Translations under genes and position numbers: made by a program
Assembly: GCA_963847445.1 (NCBI GenBank)
Contig: CAWJZV010000045.1
Span: forward strand, 128,001-192,000
Direction: 5' to 3'
Origin: an uncultured delta proteobacterium
Lineage (GTDB): Bacteria; Desulfobacterota; Binatia; UBA9968
Length of the DNA: 64,000 nucleotides
Shown: positions 1 through 15,875 of the stretch, in pieces
How the letters are laid out: each line of letters begins with the position of its first letter
Position numbering within the stretch: position 1 is the first letter of the stretch
Notes under the pieces: model-generated
Told to the model about the DNA's origin: nothing
The model's database searches: none
The model's input: only the letters and a program-made list of their open reading frames with translations

Positions 1-289
1 AACATCCCCTTTGGACGCGAGCGGGATTCATACCCCGATCGCGAAATGCCCGGTTGATTGACCCATGACGCACTCGTAGCCGACGATGAACATGTGCTAG
101 CCGGCGCTGGGGCGATTCTCTGGGAAGATACGGCTACTCGGTAGTAGCCAAAATCCCGGAGAGGAAGCGGTCCGGGTAATCGACTTGAAGGCGCCGAGTA
201 CAGGCACGGATTTTTAGCTCACTCAGCTAAGGTTCGGTCTTCCACCTGATTTTGTCGGCAATCCGCCGTCAAGCGATCCAGCTAGCGCA

Positions 290-952
290 TCAAGTTACCG
301 GGATCATAATATGGGTTCGGTAGGGCTCATGTTGCTTGAGACTGTCGTACCAGCGCTCGAGATTCGCTTGCTTGGGGCGCTCGATGGGCAGGTTAAACCA
401 GCGATACACCCAAACGCCCAGCGGAATATCGCCGAGAGAAAACTCGTCGCCGCCGAGGAAACGGTGCTTCGCCAGGTGGTCGTCGACTGTTTGCCAGGCT
501 TTGACGGTCTTCTCCAGCGCCGCTTGAATCGCCTGGGGATCGCGCTTTTCCGGCGCGGTTCTTACCGTGGCGAAAAACAGCGGCACGATGATCGGGTTGA
601 ATGCCGAGAGCTGCCAGTCCATCCAGCGATTGGCGTTGGCCATGCCTTCAGGGGATGCGGGCAACAATTTGCCGTTGCCATACTTGGCGTTGAGATAGCG
701 CATGATGCTGTTGGATTCCCACAGGACGAAGTCACCGTCCTTGATCGTCGGCACCAGGCCGTTGGGGTTCATGGCGGTATATTGCGGATCTTGGTTGCCG
801 CCGAACTTGCCACCCCAGTCCAGGCGCTCGAATGGCACGCTCAGCTCGCCGCAGCACCACAGTACTTTTTGCACATTGGAAGAGTCGGTTCGACCCCAGA
901 TTTTGATCATTGTCGCCTCCGCTACTGGCAGTTTGGCTGAATTACTTATCAT
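290..952 (-). CDS. Glutathione S-transferase family protein
   Basis: IWGRTDSSNVQKVLW, MNPNGLVPTIKDGDFVLWESNSIMRYL and a helical C-terminal domain; the true start is probably the internal ATG near 910. Confidence 0.92.
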   Translation of the reverse strand: MISNSAKLPVAEATMIKIWGRTDSSNVQKVLWCCGELSVPFERLDWGGKFGGNQDPQYTAMNPNGLVPTIKDGDFVLWESNSIMRYLNAKYGNGKLLPASPEGMANANRWMDWQLSAFNPIIVPLFFATVRTAPEKRDPQAIQAALEKTVKAWQTVDDHLAKHRFLGGDEFSLGDIPLGVWVYRWFNLPIERPKQANLERWYDSLKQHEPYRTHIMIPVT

Positions 953-1059
953 CGTTTTCGGCTAATGGATAGCGCAACCGGGCCCTGTGCGATATGCTGT
1001 AATTTCCCCGCAATATCTGCTAGGAGTTACGGATCAAATTGCATGGAAAGCGAGTCAGG

Positions 1060-1450
1060 ATGAAAAAGGTAGGGTCTTTCACGGCGACGATGATCTGCAC
1101 CTTACTGCTAGGCGAGGTCTCCGGCTGGGCACAGAATCAAGCGGAGGGGCGGAAACTTTACGCCAGCTATTGTTCGACCTGCCATGGTGAGAAAGGAAAA
1201 GGCGATGGCATGGCGGCCAAGTCGCTGCCGGCCAAGCCGGCCGACCACACCAACGGCGCGATCATGAATCAGATGAGTGATAAGTTTCTCGTCGGATGTC
1301 ATCGCCAAGGGGGGCAGCGCGGTCGGCAAGTCTAGCTTTATGCCGTCTTGGGGCAGTGCCTTGGATGAAAAGCAGGTCCGCGACCTGGTAGCTTTCATTC
1401 GTACCCTGGCGGTGCCGACCTACAAGGGCGACACACCGGCGAGTAAATGA
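1060..1450 (+). CDS. Monoheme cytochrome c with signal peptide (frameshift near 1295)
   Basis: CSTCH heme motif, GKGDG; the shifted frame gives SSFMPSWGSALDEKQVRDLVAFIRTL with the axial Met. Confidence 0.85.
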
Positions 1451-1479
1451 AAAATCGCTAAATTTCTGATCCGACCCCC

Positions 1480-1507
1480 TTGACGATTGGCTTTGCGAGA
1501 TTAGATT
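1480..1507 (+). promoter_or_regulatory. Putative promoter of groESL
   Basis: TTGACG-N16-TAGATT about 55 nt before groES; no CIRCE visible. Confidence 0.5.
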
Positions 1508-1562
1508 GACCGCATCCAACCGTTCTGGGTATCTAAATCTTTGTTTTATTGAGGAGGGTGTT

Positions 1563-3490
<1,928 letters not shown>

Positions 3491-3511
3491 GCATCATTTG
3501 TTCGTCAGAGC

Positions 3512-3546
3512 AAAAAGGCGCTCGGGAAACCGAGCGCCTTTTTTTT
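3512..3546 (+). terminator. Intrinsic terminator after groEL
   Basis: AAAAAGGCGCTCGG-GAAA-CCGAGCGCCTTTTTTTT. Confidence 0.9.
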
Positions 3547-3814
3547 GCCCATCTGTCTGTTGTTCCCTGGCCAGTATGGGAGAAAGGAAACGGGAAACGG
3601 TCTATTTTGCCATTAAAGTCCTTGCTTGGGTAACCATCAAGCATGGCCCGGCCATTACTTCATTGAATGCTACCCAACTACCGCTGAATTAGAGCATGCT
3701 GATGGCTATTTGTTTCGGTTTTGCCTCTTCAGCTTTCGGAACATGAATTTCCAGTATTCCCTCCTGGTGGCTCGCCTTAAACCCATTCTGCAGCACGGTT
3801 CGCGGCAGATCGAA

Positions 3815-4105
3815 TAACTAACAAGATTTGCCGTTCGTGCGCTTCGGCAAGTGTGGTCGTGTCCATGACGTTGATCGGTCCCATCGGTTGGTGCAATAGG
3901 CCGCCAAGCAGAGCCTGCGACAAGCGCGTGACGCGCTCAGTGCGGCGATACTCGACACCATCGGTCAAGCTTTCGGCTTTGTGTTCACAGCTCAGCGGCA
4001 AGGTCCGGTCGTTGGCGTCTAAGTTGAAGTCTTATTTTTTTATACCGGGTAGCTCGGCGGCGGCGAGAGACTTTGCTCTCCAGAATGTCTAAGGGAGGAT
4101 ACCAC
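3815..4105 (-). pseudogene. Decayed copy of the Hsp20 at 5938-6384
   Basis: Fragments WYPPLDILESK and KAESLTDGVEYRRTER match WLPPVDILESK and KAESLTDGVEYHRNER; many substitutions and indels; no intact N-terminus. Confidence 0.75.
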
Positions 4106-4287
4106 GTGCCTGGAGAAAATCTTATCGCGCTGCAGAAATTAACGAAAACCTTAACGTGAGCTGGATCCAATCACATTCCGGGTCCATGAAAAATTGACCG
4201 GATCGACAATACCGGGGAAACGAGCGGCTCTTTCCGCATCGAACTGCATCAGAATCCGACCCGACGATGATTTTGCTGCCTACCACC

Positions 4288-4315
4288 TTGACAAGCCAGC
4301 GCGCATGACTAACTT
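4288..4315 (+). promoter_or_regulatory. Putative promoter of the hsp20 pair
   Basis: TTGACA-N16-TAACTT. Confidence 0.55.
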
Positions 4316-4363
4316 ACTGTCGAAAAAAATTCGTCGGGAAAAAAATACAGGAGGTATAGGACT

Positions 4364-4822
4364 ATGGCAGAGTGGAATCCCTTCACTGACGTGGAAGCCC
4401 TACGGCGAGAAATCGGCCGAGCTTTTGAAGATTTTGGCTTTGAACAAGGGCCGTCGCATCGCGTCGCTTTCCTTCCCGGCCGCGAACCGCGGCGGTATCC
4501 GTTGGTTAATTTGCTCGAAGATAAGGATCACATTTACGTTGAAGCCTTGACTCCCGGCGTTGATCCTAAATCCATTAATCTCACCGCGATGCAAAATCGT
4601 CTGACCTTAGCGGGAGAGAAGAGCGGCATCCCGGGAGATATCAAACCGGAAGCGTTTCATAGAAATGAGAGAGCCAGCGGGAAGTTTGTTCGCACCATCG
4701 ATCTACCCGTCGAGATCGACGAGACCGGCATCCAGGCAGAATACAAAAACGGGCTGCTCGTCGTGACCTTACCCAAAGCAGAGAAAGCCAAGCCCAAACA
4801 AATTAGCGTTAAAATCGCCTGA
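4364..4822 (+). CDS. Small heat shock protein (Hsp20/alpha-crystallin)
   Basis: YPLVNL...ERASGKFVRTIDLP...AEYKNGLLVVTLPKAEKAKPKQISV. Confidence 0.95.
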   Translation: MAEWNPFTDVEALRREIGRAFEDFGFEQGPSHRVAFLPGREPRRYPLVNLLEDKDHIYVEALTPGVDPKSINLTAMQNRLTLAGEKSGIPGDIKPEAFHRNERASGKFVRTIDLPVEIDETGIQAEYKNGLLVVTLPKAEKAKPKQISVKIA

Positions 4823-4849
4823 TCACTCATGACAAGGAGGGAATCAGCC

Positions 4850-5248
4850 ATGGCTGAGAGAACTGTAGCGGCTCGCGCGCAAGAAAAGGCCCCGTCAAGC
4901 CGGGAAGAAACACGGAGTCAGGAGAGATACATCACGCCGCCCGTAGATATATATGAGACGACGAACGGATTGGTGGTGACCGCCGATTTACCGGGAGTCG
5001 CTAAGGAAGGTCTGGACGTGCGTGTGGAAAACAACCTGTTAACCATTCGCGGCAAAGCGGCGCATGCGGCGCCCGGCGGTCCGGTTTATCGGGAATACGG
5101 ATTGGTCAATTTCTTTCGCCAATTCGAATTGAACGAAAAGGTCGATCAGAGCAAGATTTCCGCCGAGCTCAAGCACGGAGTCTTGACCCTGAATTTACCA
5201 AAGGCTGAGGAGGCCAAGCCGAGAAAGATCGAAGTTAAAGCAGAGTAA
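4850..5248 (+). CDS. Small heat shock protein (Hsp20)
   Basis: PPVDIYET...ADLPGV...AELKHGVLTLNLPKAEEAKPRKIEV; AGGAGG RBS before the ATG at 4850. Confidence 0.95.
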   Translation: MAERTVAARAQEKAPSSREETRSQERYITPPVDIYETTNGLVVTADLPGVAKEGLDVRVENNLLTIRGKAAHAAPGGPVYREYGLVNFFRQFELNEKVDQSKISAELKHGVLTLNLPKAEEAKPRKIEVKAE

Positions 5249-5365
5249 GTTTGATGGGCAAAACGCCCTCCGGCGCACAAAGAAAGTCATCTGACAGATA
5301 TCATACGACAAAATTGGCGGTCATCCATGAGCGACTGAGAGACATATCAATGCTGCCTTTGAACG

Positions 5366-5759
5366 GTGTTTGACCAGGTTCAAGCCCCACGAAGAGGAGG
5401 CAAGAGTTGGTCGCCAGCGGTTTGGCAGTTTTTGGGATGCGGGATTGAATTGGGCGAAAGCGATGACGCGTTGATAGCGAGTCTAGCGCCCCCCGGACTG
5501 AGCAGCGGCGAGGTTAGGTCGAAGTCACCCAGAATCTCTCGTTATTCGAGGCGGCAAGAAACAATCGGGTAAAAAAGAACAATGCGGCTATTATCATCTC
5601 GAAGAGAACCAGGCTGCTTTTGCCCATGCGCTATCGCTGCCTTGCGAAGTTGAGCGTGACCGAGTCAAGGCACGTTACAAAAACGGCCTATCGACCGTAG
5701 CCCTGCCGAATCGCGAACGCGCCTGTAGTAGAAGTATCAAGATTCCGGTGCATACATAG
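5366..5759 (+). pseudogene. Degenerate Hsp20 remnant
   Basis: C-terminal frame FAHALSLPCEVERDRVKARYKNGLSTVALP...SIKIPV; upstream IELGESDDALIASLAPPGL; broken by stops and indels. Confidence 0.65.
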
Positions 5760-5802
5760 TTCAACAACCCTCGGCTATAAGTCGATGGTTGTTGAATTTT
5801 TT
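5760..5802 (+). terminator. Hairpin with U-tract
   Basis: TTCAACAACC...GGTTGTTGAA followed by a T-run. Confidence 0.55.
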
Positions 5803-5874
5803 GGGAAGGGCTGTGCGCGCCACCGCACAGTCCAGGCACGGGTCAAGTTGATATGCCGCAAAATTGATTCGGAC

Positions 5875-5912
5875 AAAAAACAAGAGGGGAAAGCCGAGGC
5901 TTTCCCCTCTTG
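5875..5912 (-). terminator. Intrinsic terminator of the minus-strand hsp20
   Basis: CAAGAGGGGAAAGCC-GA-GGCTTTCCCCTCTTG preceded by A6 (U-tract on the minus strand). Confidence 0.85.
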
Positions 5913-5937
5913 AATTCTTAGTGGTCCGAACCTTGTT

Positions 5938-6384
5938 TTAGTTCACGCTGATTGCGATCTGGCGCGGCTTCGCCTCCTCGACTTTCGGCACGTGGATCTC
6001 GAGAATCCCGTCGCGATAGCTGGCCTTGATACCGTCCTGCCTGACAGTTTGCGGCAGATAAAAAGATCTCGAAAACCTGCCATGTGTCCGCTCATTGCGG
6101 TGGTACTCGACTCCATCGGTCAAACTCTCCGCTTTGCGTTCGCCGCTCAGCGTCAAGGTGCCGTCATTGACTTCTAAGTGGAAGTCTTCCTTCTTCATCC
6201 CAGGGATCTCAGCGCGGATTAAGTACGCGTCTTTGCTTTCCAGAATATCCACCGGCGGTAACCATGCGCCGGCAGTTGCGGATGGCAACGCGCGCGCCCG
6301 CCCGACGCTCTCGTCGAATAGATCGTTGATCCGGCTATGCAGCCGACTTAAACCCTCAAACGGTTCCCATCTTACGAGTTCCAT
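5938..6384 (-). CDS. Small heat shock protein (Hsp20)
   Basis: MELVRWEPF...WLPPVDILE...GRFSRSFYLP...ASYRDGILEIHVPK...RQIAISVN. Confidence 0.95.
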   Translation of the reverse strand: MELVRWEPFEGLSRLHSRINDLFDESVGRARALPSATAGAWLPPVDILESKDAYLIRAEIPGMKKEDFHLEVNDGTLTLSGERKAESLTDGVEYHRNERTHGRFSRSFYLPQTVRQDGIKASYRDGILEIHVPKVEEAKPRQIAISVN

Positions 6385-6424
6385 ATTTACCCCTCCTTCC
6401 AAGGGAGTTTATTGAGATGTCGGA

Positions 6425-6487
6425 AAGCTAAACACGGAGCGGCGCGCTGTCAATCGGCTTGACAAAACCGCCGGGTGTAACTAGCTT
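6425..6487. promoter_or_regulatory. Back-to-back divergent promoters (hsp20 / htrA)
   Basis: Both strands read TTGACA-N17-TAGCTT; the -35 boxes are 5 bp apart. Confidence 0.7.
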
Positions 6488-6532
6488 TTACGGATTGTCC
6501 AGGGCGGATCTAAGCTTACGACAAGGAAAATT

Positions 6533-7669
6533 ATGAGCAAACCAGGTTCTGAACTGTCAATTTCGCGTTGCAGGAAATATCTCTGGCCGGTGGTCGCGTT
6601 GTCATCGGTGGTCATCCTGCTGGCACAGCAGGCCTGGTTGGGCGGCGCCACACTCAACAATCCCAAGACGGCGGCGCGCGCGGTGACGCCACGCGGCGAT
6701 CTGATGGCCGAAGAGAAATCCACCATCGCGCTGTTCAAGCAGGCGTCGCCTGCGGTGCTCAACATCACGTCCATCGGCATCGAGCGCGACATGTTCACCC
6801 TCAACCAGTATCAGATGCCCCAGGGTACGGGTTCCGGTTTTATCTGGGACAATACCGGTAACGTGATTACCAACTTTCATGTGATTCAAAACGCCGACGC
6901 GGCGCAGGTGACGTTGGCGGATCAGTCAGCGTACAAGGCGCGGGTGGTCGGCGTGGCGCCGGACAAAGATTTGGCGGTGTTGAAGATCGACGCGCCGACC
7001 GCCAAGCTACAGGCGATTCCGCTGGGCACGTCGAAAGACTTGCAAGTGGGGCAGAGTGTCTTTGCCATCGGCAATCCCTTCGGTCTCGACCAGACGCTTA
7101 CCACCGGCGTGATCAGCGCACTCAATCGTGAGATCGAGTCGCTGACGCGGCGGCCGATCCAAGGCGTGATTCAATCCGACGCGGCGATCAATCCGGGAAA
7201 TTCCGGCGGCCCTTTGCTCGACAGCGCCGGCCGCTTGATCGGTGTCAACACGGCGATCTACAGTCCGTCCGGCGTATCGGCGGGAATCGGTTTCGCGATT
7301 CCCGTCGATACGGTCAATCGCATCGTCACCGAATTGATTCGTTTCGGCAAAGTCGTCAGACCCGGTTTCGGCGTGCAGGTAGCCGACGAACAAATCGCCC
7401 AGCGTTTGAACGTGACCGGCGTGTTGATCGTCGATGTGGCGCGCGGCAGCGCCGCGGCGAAGGCTGGCATTCAGCCGACACGGCGGGATAATACCGGCAG
7501 GGTGCGGCTGGGCGATATCATCACCGCCATCGATGGCAAAAAAATCGAGTCGCCCAACGATCTGTTTCTGGCTTTGGAGAAATACAAGGTCGGTGATGCC
7601 GTAAACGTTTCGGTGCTGCGCAACGACAAAACGGTCCAGCTGAAGATCGCATTGGAAGCGGTTCAGTAG
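6533..7669 (+). CDS. HtrA/DegP-family serine protease with one PDZ domain
   Basis: GSGFIW, TNFHV, DLAVLKI, DAAINPGNSGGPL; N-terminal TM/signal; C-terminal PDZ. Confidence 0.95.
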   Translation: MSKPGSELSISRCRKYLWPVVALSSVVILLAQQAWLGGATLNNPKTAARAVTPRGDLMAEEKSTIALFKQASPAVLNITSIGIERDMFTLNQYQMPQGTGSGFIWDNTGNVITNFHVIQNADAAQVTLADQSAYKARVVGVAPDKDLAVLKIDAPTAKLQAIPLGTSKDLQVGQSVFAIGNPFGLDQTLTTGVISALNREIESLTRRPIQGVIQSDAAINPGNSGGPLLDSAGRLIGVNTAIYSPSGVSAGIGFAIPVDTVNRIVTELIRFGKVVRPGFGVQVADEQIAQRLNVTGVLIVDVARGSAAAKAGIQPTRRDNTGRVRLGDIITAIDGKKIESPNDLFLALEKYKVGDAVNVSVLRNDKTVQLKIALEAVQ

Positions 7670-7704
7670 AATCCTGCCGGCGAATCGGTCAGCGAACTAT
7701 CCGT

Positions 7705-8730
7705 TCAGTTTTTTTCCAGAAGGTCGCGAGCGTTGTTTTGATTATCGTCGCGCTCGTAGGCGGCGATGATCTCCTGGACGAGGTGATGGCGCGCCACGTC
7801 CTTTTCGGTAAACGTGACGAAGCGGATGCCCTGCACGCCACGCAAGATCCGGGCGGCTTCTTTGAGTCCCGAGGCCTTGCCCGCGGGCAAATCGATCTGG
7901 GTGGCATCGCCGGTGATCACCGCCTTGGATCCGTAGCCGAGGCGGGTCAGAAACATTTTCATCTGCTCCGGCGTGGTATTCTGCGCTTCGTCGAGTATCA
8001 CGAAGGAATCGTTAAGCGTCCGGCCGCGCATGAACGCCAGCGGCGCTACTTCAATGGTCCCGCGCTCGACCATTTTGCGGGCGCGATCGAATTCGACCAT
8101 GTCATGCAGCGCGTCATAGAGTGGGCGCAGATACGGATTGACTTTTTCCGCCAGATCGCCGGGCAGAAAGCCTAATTTTTCGCCGGCTTCGACGGCCGGC
8201 CGGGTGAGAATGATGCGCACGTAATTATTCTTCATTAACTCGGCCACGGCCATCGCCATGGCGAGGTAGGTCTTGCCGGTGCCGGCTGGACCGACGCCAA
8301 AGACGATGTCGTAGCGGCGGATGGCATCGATATAAGCTTTTTGCGCGATGCTTTTCGGCGTGATCGTGCGCTTGTGCGCGGATATATAGATCGTGTCGAG
8401 AAAGATATCTTGCAGCTTGGCGCGGTTATCGCCGCTCAAGATGCGGATGGCGTAGTCGACGTCGCTGGCGTAAACCGGATAGCCTTTTTCCAGAAGACTG
8501 TAGAGTTGCCGCAGGATTTGGCTCGCCAGTTCGACTTGCAGCGGGTCGCCTTCGATCTCCATTGCTGAGCCGCGTACGCGGATTTTGAGCTGCAAGGTGT
8601 TCTGAAGAATTTTGACATGCTGGTCATGTTGGCCGAGCAGATCGCGGAACAAACGCGGATCGTGAAACTCAATCTGGTTGACGCCGATTTCCTCGACTCG
8701 ATTGGCGGTCTGAGTTTTTTCGTCTTTCAC
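7705..8730 (-). CDS. phoH: PhoH-family ATPase (YbeZ-like)
   Basis: GPAGTGKTYLA, RPAVEAGEKLGFLPG, RGRTL, DEAQN, GDATQIDLP; GTG at 8730 after AGGAGA. Confidence 0.93.
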   Translation of the reverse strand: MKDEKTQTANRVEEIGVNQIEFHDPRLFRDLLGQHDQHVKILQNTLQLKIRVRGSAMEIEGDPLQVELASQILRQLYSLLEKGYPVYASDVDYAIRILSGDNRAKLQDIFLDTIYISAHKRTITPKSIAQKAYIDAIRRYDIVFGVGPAGTGKTYLAMAMAVAELMKNNYVRIILTRPAVEAGEKLGFLPGDLAEKVNPYLRPLYDALHDMVEFDRARKMVERGTIEVAPLAFMRGRTLNDSFVILDEAQNTTPEQMKMFLTRLGYGSKAVITGDATQIDLPAGKASGLKEAARILRGVQGIRFVTFTEKDVARHHLVQEIIAAYERDDNQNNARDLLEKN

Positions 8731-8736
8731 TCGGCA

Positions 8737-9157
8737 TTCTCCTATGAGCTGAACGATGACTTCACGGTTGCGCGGGCGGTTGTCGAAGTCCATCAAGATG
8801 ATCTGTTGCCAAGTTCCCAGAGTCGGCGCGCCGTCAACGACCGGGATCGCCAACGAGGGGCCGAACAACGTGGCGCGTAGATGGGAAAAGCCGTTGTCGT
8901 CGTTCCAGCGATCGTCGTGGTGATAGCGCCGGTCGGCTGGAATATGTTTTTCCAGGAACTCTTGCAAATCTTGGACTAGACCGGGCTCATACTCGAGAGT
9001 TGTCAGCGCCGCGGTGGAGCCGTTGACGAACAGCGTCGCCGTGCCGTTGCGCAGGTTGCACGGCGCGGATTTGCTCCTTGAATTTAGCGGTGATGTCGAC
9101 GATGTCGCAGCAGCCGGCGGTGGATTCGGTGATGGTCTTGGTGTGAATCGTGATCAC
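8737..9157 (-). CDS. yjbQ: YjbQ/UPF0047 family protein (frameshift near 9060)
   Basis: DIVDIT, GSTAALTTLEYEPGL, NGFSHLRATLFGPS, LGTWQQIILMDFD. Confidence 0.88.
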
Positions 9158-9260
9158 GCTAGCAATCGACCCGTGGCGGCTGACAAGTAGAATTGATAAG
9201 CCGACAATGGAGGGGGGAGCATCGGTGGCAGTTTGCCGTGGCTGCTGCGATTTTCTAACT

Positions 9261-11907
<2,647 letters not shown>

Positions 11908-12403
11908 TTAGTCTTCGTCGATTCGATATTTCAGCAGGTCGAAGATCACTTGGCTGCTAAAGCCGCGCCGCTGCAGCAGGGCAACGGCGCGTCGCTGTGC
12001 CTTGGCGTCTTGCAGGCTCGCGTCGCCGAATCGTTTGGTTAATATTTTTCTGGCACTTTCCTGTTCGCTCCTATGGTTCAAACTTTGCTGTATCGTTTCG
12101 CCGAATCACATTGGCGCCGATACCCTTGATGCGTAACTCTTGCTCGACTCTTCTCGGGCCGTAGCCGCGGCTTTCCAGCCGAGAACGCGCCCAGATCTGG
12201 GCAAAGGATAGGTCGTCGAGATAGTGCAGCGACCGGAGCTTATCGATCACGGCCTCGCCAACTTGCGGCTCGCAGCCCTTCTGGCGCAAATATTTTTTGA
12301 CTTCCAACTCGCTGCGCGGCCGGTAGCTCAAGTAGCGCAAAGCCAATTGCAACGCCTGTTCGGGCGAGTCGGCGGTCGCGGCCCTGGCATCTGATCGTTT
12401 CAG
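11908..12403 (-). CDS. recX: Regulatory protein RecX (frameshifted)
   Basis: ALRYLSYRPRSELEV...YLDDLSFA...GPRRVEQELRIKGI...LLQRRGFS; directly follows recA. Confidence 0.88.
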
Positions 12404-12424
12404 CGTCTATCCAAAAGCTTGAAG

Positions 12425-13477
<1,053 letters not shown>

Positions 13478-13487
13478 TTCCTGCCTC

Positions 13488-14060
13488 CTAATCGATTGCC
13501 TGGTCGTTAAGCATAATTACTTTCAGTTGTGAATAAACGGCCCCAGTGGGCTTGAGCACGCTTTGGAATAAGCTCACCCGGTCGACGATGGTCGCGCCGA
13601 AATCCCGGTCGCGCCAGCGATGCAATTCCTGCTTGAGATTAAGCGCCGACCGGTCGACGTGGCGCCAGCGGCCGATGGTTAGATGCGGTGTGAATTCTCT
13701 TGGTTCAGCGGAAAATTCCAGCGCCAATAGCGCTCTATCTATGTTTGCCGCCAACCGTGCTAACCCGTCTCCGAAAAATCCCACCCACAAAATTTTTGCT
13801 TGTCTCAGTCCGGGGAATACCCCTAGACCTTTAGCATTTATGGTGCAGCGCGGAAAGGGGGCGAGCGCTCGTTGCAGGGCGGCACCGAGGGCATCGACCT
13901 GGTTCGCTTCGATGTCGCCCAGGAACTTGAGGGTAAGGTGAAAATTCGCCGGCGCGACCCAACGGATAGCCGGCAGTTTGGGTTTCAACTCGGCGATTGC
14001 CGAGGTGATGCTGGCGATTGTCGTCGGCGCGACTTCCACGGCGATAAATGCGCGGATCAT
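13488..14060 (-). CDS. thpR: RNA 2',3'-cyclic phosphodiesterase (2'-5' RNA ligase family)
   Basis: Two HxT motifs ([16 protein letters not shown]); RAFIA start. Confidence 0.92.
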   Translation of the reverse strand: MIRAFIAVEVAPTTIASITSAIAELKPKLPAIRWVAPANFHLTLKFLGDIEANQVDALGAALQRALAPFPRCTINAKGLGVFPGLRQAKILWVGFFGDGLARLAANIDRALLALEFSAEPREFTPHLTIGRWRHVDRSALNLKQELHRWRDRDFGATIVDRVSLFQSVLKPTGAVYSQLKVIMLNDQAID

Positions 14061-14070
14061 GACCCGCTAC

Positions 14071-15314
14071 TCACGAAAGCAGTTGGCGCAGCCAGTTCAA
14101 CGCCGCTTGGGCGGTGCCTTGCACGATCCGTTCACGATCGGTCAGGACCATGAGATTGAGGAGTCTGGCTTGGTGAAAGTTGTCCCGGCAGATGCTCACC
14201 CAGACGGTGCCGACCGGCTTGTCCGCACTGCCGCCCGATGGGCCGGCCACCCCAGTGACGCTGAGTCCGATGGTGGCGCCGGTGCGCTGACGGATACCCT
14301 GCGCCATTTCCAAAGCGGTGTCTCGACTGACCGCGCCGACACGATCCAATGTTGCCGGATTGACGCCCAGGGCGCGAATCTTCTCGGCATTCGAATAAGT
14401 TATTGCAGCGCCGAGAAAGTAGGCCGAGCTGCCGGCTACTCGGGTGATGCGATGGCTGATCAATCCGCCGGTGCAAGACTCGGCGAGGGCGAGGGTCTGT
14501 TGCTTGCGCAGCAGCAGCTGGCCGACCACTTCTTCCATGGTCAGCTCGCTGTCGGCATAAATGTAGTCGTCGAGAATGTTTTTGATTTGCCCGCGCAGCT
14601 TTAAGAAATGCTCCGTCTGGTGCCGCACCGCCACTCACGGTCAGACGCAGGGTCAGATCGGGGAAATGGGCGCGAAAGGACAGCTTGGCGAAGTTGCCCA
14701 AATCCAGCGGCTTAACCAGATCGTCCAATTTCGATTCGCTAATGCCATGAATTTTGAAGGTAGCCTCGTGGATCGTCGACTGACTGCCGTTCCGTTCGAC
14801 GATCCATGGCAACACCGACTCGCGCAGCATGGCACTCATCTCGTGGGGCACGCCGGAAAGCCACAGGAGTGTTTTGCCTCGACCGAGCTCGACGCGAAAA
14901 CCGGGCGCAGAGCCGTTGGGGTTGGCGATGATTACCGCACCCTCGGGGAAGACCGCCTGTTTGAGATTGTTCGCCGTAAATGCCACGCCGCGCTTTGCGA
15001 AGCGCGCTTTGAGCGCCGCCGCCACGCCGTCGTCTTGTTTGGTCTTAACGCCGAGCAACTCAGCGACCAATTCTGTTGTCAAATCATCTGCCGTCGGCCC
15101 CAAGCCGCCGGTGCCGATGACGATATCGCCGAGCTCCTGCGCTTGGCGCAGGGCCCAGAGCATCTGGTCGCGGTCGTCGCCGACTTTCACCACCGCGGCG
15201 ACGCGGATGCCTAAAGCGAACAAGCCGATCGGCGATGACGGCTGAGTTGGTGTCGACCACTTTACCGGTGGTCAGTTCATCGCCGGTACTCAAGATAACC
15301 GCTTTTTCGATCAT
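14071..15314 (-). CDS. cinA: Competence/damage-inducible protein CinA (frameshifted)
   Basis: TGDELTTGKVVDTNS, TGGLGPTADDLT, AESCTGG, TGVAGPSGGS. Confidence 0.93.
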
Positions 15315-15763
15315 AACCACCGCCAATAAAGGAAGGTTTGGACGATGACAAATGCATACACTCCCGCCGCCACGTCGTCGAGGACGATGCCGGTGCCGCC
15401 AGGGAGTTTTTCCAGCCGCGCCGCTGGGTAAACTTTGGCGATATCGAAAATGCGAAACAGCAGGAAACCCAGCAGCAACGGCGCCCAGCGCAGGGGCGCG
15501 AGAAAGTTGGCGATCATGAAGCCGACGATTTCGTCGGCGACGATAATTTGCGGATCTTTCCGTGCATAATCTCAGCCGCTGCGGTCGAAATTTTTATTGC
15601 CCCGAAGGTCAATCCAACCAACAGAATCAGCGCGAACAGTGGGAGCGGTCTCGGCCAGGCGATTGAGAGCAAGCGAGAATGGCATGGCGAATAAAGTTCC
15701 CATCGTTCCGGGAAAAAACGGAGAGTATCCGACCCCGGCTCCGGTGGCTAGAGCGAGGGTCAA
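15311..15763 (-). CDS. pgpA: Phosphatidylglycerophosphatase A (frameshifted)
   Basis: GYSPFFPGTMGT, DPQIIVADEIVG, LFRIFDIAK, GIVLDDVAAG. Confidence 0.9.
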
Positions 15764-15875
15764 TCTTGCGCCGCAAGCTGCTCACTGTGAGCGCGATAAT
15801 ATTGAGTAAACCAAGAAAACGCTAGGCTCAGAGAGAGCTAAAAGCACGGCTCAGGTAATAGGGCCGGGTTCGCGG

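Noticed and set aside
120-246. Hairpin-rich stretch with a tRNA-like closing stem (GGAAGA...TCTTCC-ACC)
   Set aside because: No anticodon or T-arm matching tRNA-Sec, tmRNA or SRP. It may be a broken minus-strand CDS cut by the window edge, and I cannot support a call.
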